Origin: Promethearchaeia archaeon
GTDB taxonomy: Archaea > Asgardarchaeota > Lokiarchaeia > Sigyniarchaeales > SOKP01
Direction of reading: 5' to 3'
Assembly (NCBI GenBank): GCA_029856155.1
Contig: JAHQWL010000023.1
Location: forward strand, 32,001-96,000
DNA length: 64,000 nucleotides
The notes below the pieces were generated by a model. It was given only the letters and a program-made list of their open reading frames with translations. It searched no databases and had not been told where the DNA came from. Made by a program: the position numbers and the translations under genes. Positions 20,449 to 30,183 of the stretch are shown piece after piece. Each line of letters starts with the position of its first letter. Position 1 is the stretch's first letter.

Positions 20449-21075
20449 ATGAAATCAATGGATCTTAAAGACGATGAAAATGAAATTGAGAAACTGTCAC
20501 TCATGCTTAGTAAAATTCAGAATATCTACTATAAAAAAAAAGAGCACCTCGAAGAGTTACAGTCAGAGATTAATGAATTAAGAGAAGTATTAAATTTCTT
20601 AAATTCTCTCATATCGGGAAAATCATTTCATAGTGCAGACGAGATTTACTCAAAATCATTTATTCAAAAAGAGGATGGTTCAATTGACGAAAAATATTTC
20701 GTAGAAGATATCTCAAAAGAAAGAGTTGAAGGAACAAATATCAAAAGAAAGATTTTTTCTAAAAATAAGAATAATGATGAAGAATTATTATGTATCTTGA
20801 ACTTTTATGATTTGAATCGGGTTGAAATAAAAATTATTGAACCAGAAAGGCTGTCAATAAAAGAATCTTCTGAAGAATTTATCCGTATATTCATTAAAGG
20901 AGCACTTATAGAAATAATAGAAAATAATCCTAATATGAGCTTGAAATATGATTACTATAAGAGTTCGGATGTAATTAAGCATATTAATATTACTAAATTG
21001 AACTCAATAAAAGAATATGATATAATTACTTCAAAAATGAGAGAGCTTTTAAGCCAAATAGCTCGGAAAGGATAA
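20449..21075 (+). CDS. hypothetical protein with N-terminal coiled coil
   Basis: 208-aa ORF, heptad-like N-terminus. Confidence 0.6.
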   Translation: MKSMDLKDDENEIEKLSLMLSKIQNIYYKKKEHLEELQSEINELREVLNFLNSLISGKSFHSADEIYSKSFIQKEDGSIDEKYFVEDISKERVEGTNIKRKIFSKNKNNDEELLCILNFYDLNRVEIKIIEPERLSIKESSEEFIRIFIKGALIEIIENNPNMSLKYDYYKSSDVIKHINITKLNSIKEYDIITSKMRELLSQIARKG

Positions 21076-21254
21076 AAAAATATAATTTAGCTCTTTTACT
21101 TATCAAGTTATTAGGAAGAACTCGTTTAAAATGGTTGATTTTATATAGAAAATATTATATTGAGATAATATATTGTTTAATTAAAATAGGAAAAATTAAT
21201 TATGCAGCAATTCTTATTATTTTTATCGAAATTACCACATAGAGTGTAATAAAA

Positions 21255-22073
21255 ATGGCAAAGAAAAAATCTCGGTCGTGGTTAATCATGCCGGTTGTCC
21301 ATTCTAAGTTCCACGACGAGAAGCTAGAGAGTGTATTAATTGAAAAAGCTTTAGATTTTTTAACTGGTGAAAAAGGTGATGCTCCTTCTTTTTTATTCCT
21401 TTCAGGAGCTTTTTTTGATGTGAAATCATTCGCTTATTCCGGATTAAGAGCTTGGAAAGGTGCTGTAAAACCATCAGAAGATAATGGAGGCAGAAGACCT
21501 GTATTGGAAGCCACTTTTGCTTCTTTATCTGTATATTTAAGTTCCTTATTAGCGCTTCAAGCTGATTTTTATTTCGCGTATGATGAAATTAAGGATATCT
21601 TGTTGGAAAAGAAAAGAGAAGATCTCTGGACGATTGTTTCAGAAAAGTTGCCATTTGTCTCAATTCCTCCAAAAGAAATGTATGGGACCCAAATATCTCC
21701 TATCTCACCTTATTTTATAATTAAACAAGACGAAGAATTAACGTTAGGAGAAATATATCCCTCTGCGTATTTGTCTCAAATTATAAAGAATATTAAGACA
21801 AGATTTTTTGTCTTTTTCCAATACCAAGGATATTCAGCTTTTGGATTTTTTAATGCACTGCCTGAACTCTCAAAATTTGGGTTTGAAGAGCATGCGAATG
21901 ATTTTAATGGGGATCCAACTGCAGAAAATTTAATCAAATATTCAAAAAATGCAAAGAATGTTAAAGAAATATTAATTGCACTTATTCATGCCTATAATAA
22001 CGCTTTACTTGAACAATTTTTAATACCCGATTATGAACTATTATTAAATAAATTACTGGAGGGAGAAGCATAG
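21255..22073 (+). CDS. hypothetical protein, abutting the small GTPase gene
   Basis: 272-aa ORF whose stop is directly followed by the next TTG start. Confidence 0.65.
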   Translation: MAKKKSRSWLIMPVVHSKFHDEKLESVLIEKALDFLTGEKGDAPSFLFLSGAFFDVKSFAYSGLRAWKGAVKPSEDNGGRRPVLEATFASLSVYLSSLLALQADFYFAYDEIKDILLEKKREDLWTIVSEKLPFVSIPPKEMYGTQISPISPYFIIKQDEELTLGEIYPSAYLSQIIKNIKTRFFVFFQYQGYSAFGFFNALPELSKFGFEEHANDFNGDPTAENLIKYSKNAKNVKEILIALIHAYNNALLEQFLIPDYELLLNKLLEGEA

Positions 22074-22709
22074 TTGGTTAATATCGGTTTATTAGGAGAT
22101 GTGTCTGTTGGAAAAACGAGCATCCTTCGTTTATTTGTACGTTATTTAAAGAAAGGAGATATTGAGAAGGTAAAAGGGGGATTAAAATGTTCTGTGGTTA
22201 AAGCGGATTTTTCTGGAGAAGCCACAGTTCCAGGAGGAGAAAAAGAGGATGCTCTTAATGAAAAAGAAACAAAAACTATTCATCCTAACCGAATTGTGTT
22301 TCGGGAAGATACAACAAATAAAGCGCATACAATTTTCGCCCCTGGTGGCGATCGAGCCCGTGCTGTAGTCAAGATGGGCATTATAACAATTTCAAGAATT
22401 GCCACCCAGATAATAGCTGTTTTTTCTCTTGATAGAGATCTTGCACCTCAATTTGAATTTTTTAATGATGTTAGATTTTTTCCAGATAAAATATATGTTT
22501 GTATAAATAAAATTGACTTAGTTGAAGGAGATAAAGAGAAAAAACTTAATGAAGTAAAAACACAGATTCATGATTTTTTTAAGACTCGAAAAATAGCTAT
22601 CAATGACACATTTATAACCTGTGGTGAAACTATAGAAGGATTTGCAGATATTGAAACATATAATAACCAAGTTGCAGAAATGATTCTAGAAATTACTACT
22701 ACACATTAA
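22074..22709 (+). CDS. atypical Ras-superfamily-like small GTPase
   Basis: G1 GDVSVGKT, G4 NKID, G5-like TCG; the G3 position reads APGG. Confidence 0.75.
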   Translation: MVNIGLLGDVSVGKTSILRLFVRYLKKGDIEKVKGGLKCSVVKADFSGEATVPGGEKEDALNEKETKTIHPNRIVFREDTTNKAHTIFAPGGDRARAVVKMGIITISRIATQIIAVFSLDRDLAPQFEFFNDVRFFPDKIYVCINKIDLVEGDKEKKLNEVKTQIHDFFKTRKIAINDTFITCGETIEGFADIETYNNQVAEMILEITTTH

Positions 22710-22753
22710 ATTTTTTACAAGTTTGAAGTTTATAAATTTGGGTTGATCTTATT

Positions 22754-23269
22754 TTAATTTTTCAATTTTAACGCAATTTTCAAAAATAACTTCTCTAGAT
22801 CAAGCATATATCCAATTAAAGGAGTTAAACTGACCCTATTCAAATTTTTTTTAAAATCAACAAATCCTTTTTTTTCTAATTCTTTGATATCTTCTAAAAT
22901 ACCTTTCTTTTTCCTTATTTCTTTTATTTTTTGAATTGTAGTTTCCCCAGAACTACTAAAACAACATATCAAGGTACATAATAATGTAGCTGCTAATCTA
23001 GGGTTTCCCCCAAATGGATTTGCCGAAACAATTTCAGTTGTTTCTGGATCAAAAGAAATATACCAGTAGGAATTCAGAGGATTAAATCTTACTTGAAGCC
23101 CTAAAGGTTCAAGATAATTAGATACGTTATTAATTAAGTTCTGAAAATAAATCGATCTATTCTTATCGTTAACATTCAATGCATTAAGAATTTCTTTTTT
23201 TGTCGAGCCTATTTTTGTTATATCTTCCTTTTTACTTAATAAATGTATTATAACACTCAGTTCATTCAT
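22754..23269 (-). CDS. tandem winged-helix KITE-like protein (Nse1/Nse3/ScpB-like)
   Basis: 'FQNLINNVSNYLEPLGLQV...WYI' and 'ELEKKGFV...VSLTP'; last gene of the SMC operon. Confidence 0.6.
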   Translation of the reverse strand: MNELSVIIHLLSKKEDITKIGSTKKEILNALNVNDKNRSIYFQNLINNVSNYLEPLGLQVRFNPLNSYWYISFDPETTEIVSANPFGGNPRLAATLLCTLICCFSSSGETTIQKIKEIRKKKGILEDIKELEKKGFVDFKKNLNRVSLTPLIGYMLDLEKLFLKIALKLKN

Positions 23270-23285
23270 TTTTCATTCTTCTCTT

Positions 23286-23933
23286 CTATAAATATATAAA
23301 ATTCGTTTCTTTTTGATATTTTAATTTACCTATCTGGAGTAGGTGCAAGAGATATACAAAATATTCAAAAATTTTTATTTGATCGTCCACATCGTCGAAG
23401 ATCTCATCATAGGAACATGGCAGTTTGTTTTTAATAGAATCAAAAAATTCAATCATTTTCTCAGTAAATTTTTTATGAGGTATTTCTAATAAAAAACTTT
23501 CTTTTGAATCGATCTTCTCAATAGTTTCAATTGTAAAGGGTTCTCCTTTCTTAGCAACTAAACGATCTTTAGAATATTCAAGAAATTCTAAAGAAAGAGT
23601 ACTAATAACAAAAGGTTCTCTCCAACAATCCTCAAATAATTCAAATATTTCTGTATCTTTTGGATCTGTCTTTATGAAGTGTAAGAATTTATCTTTATTA
23701 TCTAAATAGTTTAGGAAAATTCTTAACTCTTCAAATTTTTGACGAAGTAATTGAAACGCACTCATATATGTGATTGAATATTCATTAATGTTATAGATAT
23801 TAAGGGAATCTTTCAAATCCTCAAAAATTGGTACTAATTCAATATCTAAAAGTGATATTTCTCCTGAAAGAATTCTTGTTTTAATATCTTCAATTTTTTT
23901 ATTTATTTCTTCAGAAAAATTTTGAGATTCCAT
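23286..23933 (-). CDS. kleisin-like protein (ScpA/Nse4-like)
   Basis: 'GEISLLDIEL' N-domain; C-terminal WH 'FVYLLHLLQIGKLKYQKE...IYL'; directly after SMC. Confidence 0.65.
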   Translation of the reverse strand: MESQNFSEEINKKIEDIKTRILSGEISLLDIELVPIFEDLKDSLNIYNINEYSITYMSAFQLLRQKFEELRIFLNYLDNKDKFLHFIKTDPKDTEIFELFEDCWREPFVISTLSLEFLEYSKDRLVAKKGEPFTIETIEKIDSKESFLLEIPHKKFTEKMIEFFDSIKNKLPCSYDEIFDDVDDQIKIFEYFVYLLHLLQIGKLKYQKETNFIYL

Positions 23934-23946
23934 TTCTAATCATAAT

Positions 23947-26900
23947 TTATTTTTTTTTGACGATTTTTGGTATAAATACAGAAGAAATTTCATTCTTTCC
24001 TACTCTGGCAATTCCAATTAATCTTTCAGCAAGTAAGAATAATGAATTTGACGATTTTGGTAGGAACATAAATAATTGTATTGGATTTTGTTCCAACGTT
24101 GCATTTATTAGTTGATATGCTACTTCAGAGTTTTTTTCATCTAAAAACATGCCAGGTTCATCAAGTAAACACAATGGAGAAGGTTTAATTTCTTGAAGGG
24201 ATAAAATTAAGCAAATCGATATTAAAGAAACTTGACCACCACTAAGAGCAGTAAATGATTTTAATTGTTCCTTTGAAGTAGCCGCTTTAATATTAACACC
24301 TAAATCTTCAAAATTTCCCGTCAACTCTAAAGAACAATAAGATTTTACCTGAGAATCTTGAAATTTTTGATTGACTCTCTTTTGTAAGTTTTCAAGTAAA
24401 CCACTGAATTTGTCATAATATGTTTTTTCCATCTTATTTTCTGTTTTAATCGCTGATTTAACGTCCTTTTCCAGGTCTTGTTGATTTTTCGAGATTTGCT
24501 TAAGAGATGCTAATATCTGATCTTTTTCAATTAGAATTGCATCATCAATATCTAAATAGTTGAGTAATTCTTTATCTATACCAGAGAGATCCCCTTTAAT
24601 ATCTTCTATGGGACGAATCTTGATTATTTCTTTTAAAATTAAGGGACTTATTTCAGAGTTAATTCTCTCTAAATCATTTTTTTTTGAATCTAGATCTTGA
24701 TTATTTGAATTTAATTTGATATTTTCTTGTTCAAAAGATAATGTTATTTGAATAGATTTCCTCTCTAATTCACCTTTTTTGTTTTGTATTAATAAAATTT
24801 CACTCTTTAAATCTGAAATCTTTTTTTCAGCTATCTCAAGTTCTTCTTCAACACTTTCTAATTGTCGATACGTGTTGAATGCAGTAGTGTCTGCTTTTTG
24901 AAAAACTTCTTTCTTTGTTTCATACTCTTTTTGAATTAAGTTCTTTTCATAAGTTTGCTTATTTAGATTATCTTTCACTTCTCTTAAGATGGCTGAATTC
25001 TCACTTAATTTCAAATCCCATTTTTTTTTATCTTCATTAAGTAAAGCTAATTCTTTAGGGATTTCTTTTATCCTGTCATTCCATTTAAAAAATTCTGGAT
25101 CAGTTTGAGATTTTAGATCTTTAATCTGCTGGTCAAATTTTATAATTTCATCCTTAAGAAATTGATTTGTTTTTTCCAATTCATGCATCTGATCGTATAA
25201 TTGGTTTTTTTTTGATGTAATTCTTTGTTTTTGGTTAAAATTATACAGAAGATCGTTGAATGATTCCTTCTTTTTAAATATTTCTTGTTGGATTGTATCT
25301 ATCTTAGCTTGATCAACTTTCAATTCTGAAATTTTGGTATTTAAAGATTTTATATCAAACTCTAGAACCTCAGATTGTTCTCTTTGTGTACCAGCACTTA
25401 ATAATCCTTTCAATCTCTTTAAATAAGGGGTTTCATAGACATATTTATAAGATATTATTTGTTCTCCTTTTAATGTAACACATTTTCCTTTAAAATTAAG
25501 AGAATTATAAATTTCTCTCCCAGAATGATAATCTTTTACAACTAAGCAATTTTTTACCTTTGAGTAAATAACTTTCTTAATATCAATATCATCGTCGATA
25601 ATTTTAATTAATTCTGCTAAATAACCTAGCACACCATTAGCCGATATTTTCATCATTGACCTAATATCTATATTTTTGGGTAGATAGATATTACAATATG
25701 CACTATATTTTTCTTTTAGCCTCTTTAACAAGTTTAAAGTGTCCCAGTCTTCAGCAATAAAACTATAGAGTAATTTTTCACCAAGAACAGATTCAATTGC
25801 ATAACTTAACTCATCTTCATATTTTAAATAATCAATTAAAGGACCCTTTACTTTTAATCCCCTTTTTTTTATCTCATCTTTAAGAATGGTTATGTTTGAT
25901 GGAAGAATTACTCTCCGTTCTCTAAGTGAAGCCTGCAAAATTTTTAGCTTTTTTAATTTTTTTGATTTCTCTATTGCTAACTGATTCATTTCAGAATCAA
26001 TTTCATATATTCTTAATGATGAACTTTTTAGTTCTTTATCAAGTTGAGTTAATAGATTTTTGGTTGGATTTTCTAAAAACCATTTATTTTTTTCTAGTTT
26101 ATGTTCAATATCTTTAAAACTTTGAAAAAGTTGATTAATTTCATTATTAGATGCTTGTATTGATTTTTCATTGTCTTGAATTCTTACTAATCTTTCTTTT
26201 TTTTCAAAATTTATTTGATTGTAATCATCCAAAAGGACTTTGTTCTGTGCTATTTTTTTTATTAACTGATTTTGTTCTGTTATTAATTTATCAATTTTTA
26301 TACCAGAATTTTTACTTTGTGTTCTTACTATTTTAATTTCGTTTTCTAAGCTTTCTAATTGTTTGTTAAAGTTATTGATAACCTTTTTAAGCTCGTTAAT
26401 TTTTCTCGATAACTCATCTAACTCTTGTTTTGCTAGAATTTTGTCTTTTTGCCAATTTTGGATTTTTGTAATTAATTCTTGCTTTTTATAATGTAATTCT
26501 CCAATTTTCTCAGATAGCTTATTTATGTTTTGTTCCTTTTTTGAAATTTTATTAGATAACAGTTCTATTTCTCTATCTGAAAGTTCTTTCTTTCTTCTAA
26601 TACCTTCTAAGACAGATATGACGTTTTTGATCGCCTCTTCAATATTGATAATTTCTTTTTCTAATTTATCTTTATTTGCCCATAAAAGTTCGTCATTGAA
26701 TTTATTTCTAATTTCTAATAATTCATTTTTTTGTTGTAAGCGTTCTAATTTGGGATTTAATAGCTCTAAGCTTATATTCAATGTGTTCTTTTTGCTTTTT
26801 AATGATTGGAGGTCTTTATTCAAATTTAAAACATTACTCTTCTGGTGTAATAATTCTTCTCTCAAATCTTTTAATCCAATTCCCTCCTCTAGAAATGAAC

Positions 26901-27414
26901 ATAATTCTGTGGGTTTCAAATTTTTAATTGCATCAATTTTTCCTTGACTTACAAAAGCAAATTGATTATCTGGATTAATTTTAAAATCAGAAATTAATTT
27001 TTGAATTTCTTGAACTGGCACTTTTTTAAATTCTTTATCATCTTTTCTCTGTATTTTAAAGAAAGGAGATTGTCCCCTAATTACATATCTTCTTATTTTG
27101 ATTATTTTTTCATCAATTTGGATATGAATTTCAACCATAGCGTGATTTTGTCCATTCCTAATAAAGTTTGACCATTTTTTATATCTTTCATCTCTTTCAT
27201 TGCTACCTAAAGCAAATTTAATTGCTTGAAATATTGAGGTTTTTCCACTCCAATTTGGCCCAACAATAATCACAAATTTAGATTTACCAAAATCAACTTC
27301 ATCTTTCTGGAAAGATAAAAAATTTTCTAAAATGACTTTTCTGATAAAAATTCTTGAATTCTGTATTAGAGATATTTCCTTTTTTTTCAAGTTGGAGTCC
27401 GAACGAGAAGCCAT
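23947..27414 (-). CDS. SMC protein, SMC5/6-like
   Basis: Walker A GPNWSGKT, Q-loop INPDNQFAFVSQ, long coiled coils with hinge, LSGGQ signature, SPLCLLDE..FLD. Confidence 0.88.
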   Translation of the reverse strand: MASRSDSNLKKKEISLIQNSRIFIRKVILENFLSFQKDEVDFGKSKFVIIVGPNWSGKTSIFQAIKFALGSNERDERYKKWSNFIRNGQNHAMVEIHIQIDEKIIKIRRYVIRGQSPFFKIQRKDDKEFKKVPVQEIQKLISDFKINPDNQFAFVSQGKIDAIKNLKPTELCSFLEEGIGLKDLREELLHQKSNVLNLNKDLQSLKSKKNTLNISLELLNPKLERLQQKNELLEIRNKFNDELLWANKDKLEKEIINIEEAIKNVISVLEGIRRKKELSDREIELLSNKISKKEQNINKLSEKIGELHYKKQELITKIQNWQKDKILAKQELDELSRKINELKKVINNFNKQLESLENEIKIVRTQSKNSGIKIDKLITEQNQLIKKIAQNKVLLDDYNQINFEKKERLVRIQDNEKSIQASNNEINQLFQSFKDIEHKLEKNKWFLENPTKNLLTQLDKELKSSSLRIYEIDSEMNQLAIEKSKKLKKLKILQASLRERRVILPSNITILKDEIKKRGLKVKGPLIDYLKYEDELSYAIESVLGEKLLYSFIAEDWDTLNLLKRLKEKYSAYCNIYLPKNIDIRSMMKISANGVLGYLAELIKIIDDDIDIKKVIYSKVKNCLVVKDYHSGREIYNSLNFKGKCVTLKGEQIISYKYVYETPYLKRLKGLLSAGTQREQSEVLEFDIKSLNTKISELKVDQAKIDTIQQEIFKKKESFNDLLYNFNQKQRITSKKNQLYDQMHELEKTNQFLKDEIIKFDQQIKDLKSQTDPEFFKWNDRIKEIPKELALLNEDKKKWDLKLSENSAILREVKDNLNKQTYEKNLIQKEYETKKEVFQKADTTAFNTYRQLESVEEELEIAEKKISDLKSEILLIQNKKGELERKSIQITLSFEQENIKLNSNNQDLDSKKNDLERINSEISPLILKEIIKIRPIEDIKGDLSGIDKELLNYLDIDDAILIEKDQILASLKQISKNQQDLEKDVKSAIKTENKMEKTYYDKFSGLLENLQKRVNQKFQDSQVKSYCSLELTGNFEDLGVNIKAATSKEQLKSFTALSGGQVSLISICLILSLQEIKPSPLCLLDEPGMFLDEKNSEVAYQLINATLEQNPIQLFMFLPKSSNSLFLLAERLIGIARVGKNEISSVFIPKIVKKK

Positions 27415-27435
27415 TTTTACCTCACTTATAATCTA

Positions 27436-28686
27436 TTATTTTCCAAATGCTTGCTTTATTAAATCGACTCGCTTCTTAGCCTTCTCTAGATTAATCTGAG
27501 CTCTATTCGGAGAATCATTTAAGATAAATGGATACTCTGCTAACAACTTCATGTCATTATCTCCCAATTCTTCCTTTTTACTTAATTTATCAATAATAAG
27601 TATAAGTTCAGTATAGTTCTTAGAAGCAGCATTTTCATAAAATTGATTTAACATAAATTCTGAAATACTAGACTCCCGAATTCCTTTAACAATATTACTA
27701 ATATCCTCTGAATCTTCAAATTTTGTAACTTTTTGGAATGATGATATATCTTTATCTTTATGGGAAATTGTCTTTATCTCTAAATTTGAATTATTTTCAG
27801 AGATACGGGGAATAGATTGAGCTATATATTCACCCGATTCAATTAAATCTATTAAAACATCTGTTATTTCATTACTCGTCTCATTTAATTCCGAATTTAA
27901 AAAATGTTTGAATATACCAACTTTCAATAATTGTTTAATGTCTTTTACTTCCCAATTTTCTGTATAATTTACAATATCATTTATATCAAAAACTATCTTA
28001 GGATTTATTTCTAAAAAGTCTTTTAAAACAGTTTCTCTCTCTATTTTATTTAGTAAAGGGACTTTTATAAAAAGATCAAATATATCATATAATTTGTTTG
28101 ATATTTTGTTAACTTCTTGAATATCATAATTTAACCATACTAGAATAATATTAGATTCAATAAAATTAAAATCAAATCCTTTACTTTGCCAGGCATTTAA
28201 AAAAACCTCTAATAAGTTATTATCATCAAATTTCTGTTTTAATATTGGATGTGGATTAATTAGTAATAATCTTTTTTCCTCAATTTTATCTGGATCTCTA
28301 TCATTTGCTCCAGTTTCACCTTCACTTTCAGAATTATTACTAAAAGCATTAAATATGGAAATAAAGCTTTTTAAAAATTTATTTGGAGCATTAATAATTT
28401 CGATATCATTAAATTCAATTAAATTTAAGTAATAATTTTTAGATATTAATTTGATATAATCTAAAATATCTGTACCGGGATTAACATTAATTAAAACAGC
28501 TCCTTTGGGTGTTAGATAACCATTTAAAAGATTATCATGATGATTAGTTAAAATTACTTTTAGATAATTGATAATATCATTATATTTATCCCGATAGAAA
28601 ATACCTTCTTTATTAATATTAATTTCTGAAGGTTTAATAATCTGAAAAAATCTAAAAAAATCAGGATTATCGTTTATATCTTTCAT
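27436..28686 (-). CDS. degenerate AAA+ ATPase-like protein
   Basis: 'PKGAVLINVNPGTD' (eroded Walker A); 'FDLFIKVPLLNKIERETVLK' and 'TENWEVKDIKQL' match the AAA lid. Confidence 0.6.
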   Translation of the reverse strand: MKDINDNPDFFRFFQIIKPSEININKEGIFYRDKYNDIINYLKVILTNHHDNLLNGYLTPKGAVLINVNPGTDILDYIKLISKNYYLNLIEFNDIEIINAPNKFLKSFISIFNAFSNNSESEGETGANDRDPDKIEEKRLLLINPHPILKQKFDDNNLLEVFLNAWQSKGFDFNFIESNIILVWLNYDIQEVNKISNKLYDIFDLFIKVPLLNKIERETVLKDFLEINPKIVFDINDIVNYTENWEVKDIKQLLKVGIFKHFLNSELNETSNEITDVLIDLIESGEYIAQSIPRISENNSNLEIKTISHKDKDISSFQKVTKFEDSEDISNIVKGIRESSISEFMLNQFYENAASKNYTELILIIDKLSKKEELGDNDMKLLAEYPFILNDSPNRAQINLEKAKKRVDLIKQAFGK

Positions 28687-28747
28687 TAAAAATTTTCCTT
28701 TATTTCTTTGGTAATTTTATGAACATTATTTACATGACATTTAACAC

Positions 28748-28780
28748 ATTTATATTTAGCGATACTCATAGTTAGCGATA
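28748..28780 (-). promoter_or_regulatory. putative promoter of the AAA-SMC operon with an upstream 9-bp direct repeat
   Basis: TTAGCGATA at 28756-28764 and 28772-28780, next to a TATA-like TATAAAT (minus strand, 28748-28754). Confidence 0.35.
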
Positions 28781-28955
28781 ACTAGATCCTCGACAAAAAT
28801 CGTAAAATTTATAAAATCGTTTTTTGGAAGAGGAAATTTAATAAAAAATTTGAGAACAATTTTTAAAACAGATATAGGGACTACAAAATAATAAATTAAA
28901 CTTATTAAGGATTCAAAAACCCTTCCATTTTATTTTAATGATTTATAAAAAAAGA

Positions 28956-29405
28956 TTAAATCCTACTTGAAATAAATCTTGGTAATTTGCCTTCATTTAC
29001 TAGAATTTTTATCAAATTAGGCATACTATTCCATTGTTGAATAGAAAGGTTGTACTCTTCTTCCGTAATATCTTTAAATTGGGCTACGCGATAAGTTAAC
29101 ATTACTAAAGGAGTTGTTATAAGATGCTTTACTTTATTACAAGGGAAATCCTCACATTGTGCACAACTTTCTAAACCTTTATCTTGTGCACAAGGTCGAG
29201 CTTTGCAATTCTTATCAGCAATTTTATCTCCTTTACTCTTACATCCCTCACAAGCAACATTTTCTGCAGTATAATTTTCATGACCTAAATACTTTCGCCA
29301 TGCATCAACCATTTTTTGTCGAATATAAACATCATCTGATCGAGCAGCACATAAATAACAATTATAACCACAATAACCAATCATATTATCCTCAGACTTT
29401 ATCAA
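28956..29405 (-). CDS. DUF3795-like Cys-rich metal-binding protein
   Basis: GYCGYNCYLC, CEGC, C..RPCA..KG...CAQC..FPC. Confidence 0.8.
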   Translation of the reverse strand: MIKSEDNMIGYCGYNCYLCAARSDDVYIRQKMVDAWRKYLGHENYTAENVACEGCKSKGDKIADKNCKARPCAQDKGLESCAQCEDFPCNKVKHLITTPLVMLTYRVAQFKDITEEEYNLSIQQWNSMPNLIKILVNEGKLPRFISSRI

Positions 29406-29642
29406 AACCTAACACCTGATATATATGAATTAATCCTCTTTTTTATATATACTATCCTTGAATTGGTAATGTGTCTATATTAAATCAAATCTTAATATCA
29501 TGGCAATTATCCTAAAAAACGCTTTTGAGAAAGGAGAAGGAACTTTAATTAAAATTTTTAAATAGATAACTCACCATGATTTTAATAGGTTTTATTATGA
29601 ATAGAAAAATATGAAAATTTAATTATTGAGGATATTGTAATA

Positions 29643-30038
29643 TTAGATAAACTCTTGGTGCAATATATTTAGGTATAATTCAAATTTCTCTCTAATAAGA
29701 TCATAATGAGTAAATTTCCCTTTTTTCCACCCCCTAATTAGTCCCGCATTTTCGAGGATTTTTAAATGATGGGAGATAGATGGTTGTGACTCATCTAATG
29801 TTGCTTCTAATTCACATACACATCTATCTTTTTCTTTTAGAATATTTAAAATGATTAAACGTTTCTTATTTGATAATGCATTCAAAAACTCAATCAGATT
29901 ATTAAATATAGACTCTTGAAGTAAATCATCTCCTATCTCTCTTAATTTCTTGAAATGCAGGTCTACATTATCTACATCTTCACACTTAATTAATTTATCT
30001 TTAATTTCTTTTTCATGTTCAATATCCATTTGGAACAC
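29643..30038 (-). CDS. arsR: ArsR/SmtB family transcriptional repressor
   Basis: ALSNKKRL, RCVCEL, SQPSISHHLKIL; divergent from acr3. Confidence 0.88.
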   Translation of the reverse strand: MFQMDIEHEKEIKDKLIKCEDVDNVDLHFKKLREIGDDLLQESIFNNLIEFLNALSNKKRLIILNILKEKDRCVCELEATLDESQPSISHHLKILENAGLIRGWKKGKFTHYDLIREKFELYLNILHQEFI

Positions 30039-30089
30039 TTTATTCTTGTATTATTCAATAATTATAAAAGAAAAACAAATTTATATTAA

Positions 30090-30123
30090 TTTATTCAAAT
30101 TAAAGAATTTTTATTTGAATAAA
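30090..30123. promoter_or_regulatory. inverted repeat, candidate ArsR operator
   Basis: TTTATTCAAAT-N12-ATTTGAATAAA between arsR and acr3. Confidence 0.55.
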
Positions 30124-30183
30124 AATTTTGTTATCTAAGACTATTATAAATTCTTTAAAAGTTTATTAAAAAGATGATATAAT

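Noticed and set aside
22754-28686. SMC operon as a Wadjet (JetABCD/MksBEFG) defence system
   Set aside because: No Toprim nuclease (JetD); head motifs and gene order fit SMC5/6-like better
29420-29600. Possible decayed gene between the DUF3795-like gene and arsR
   Set aside because: Multiple stops; no assignable homology
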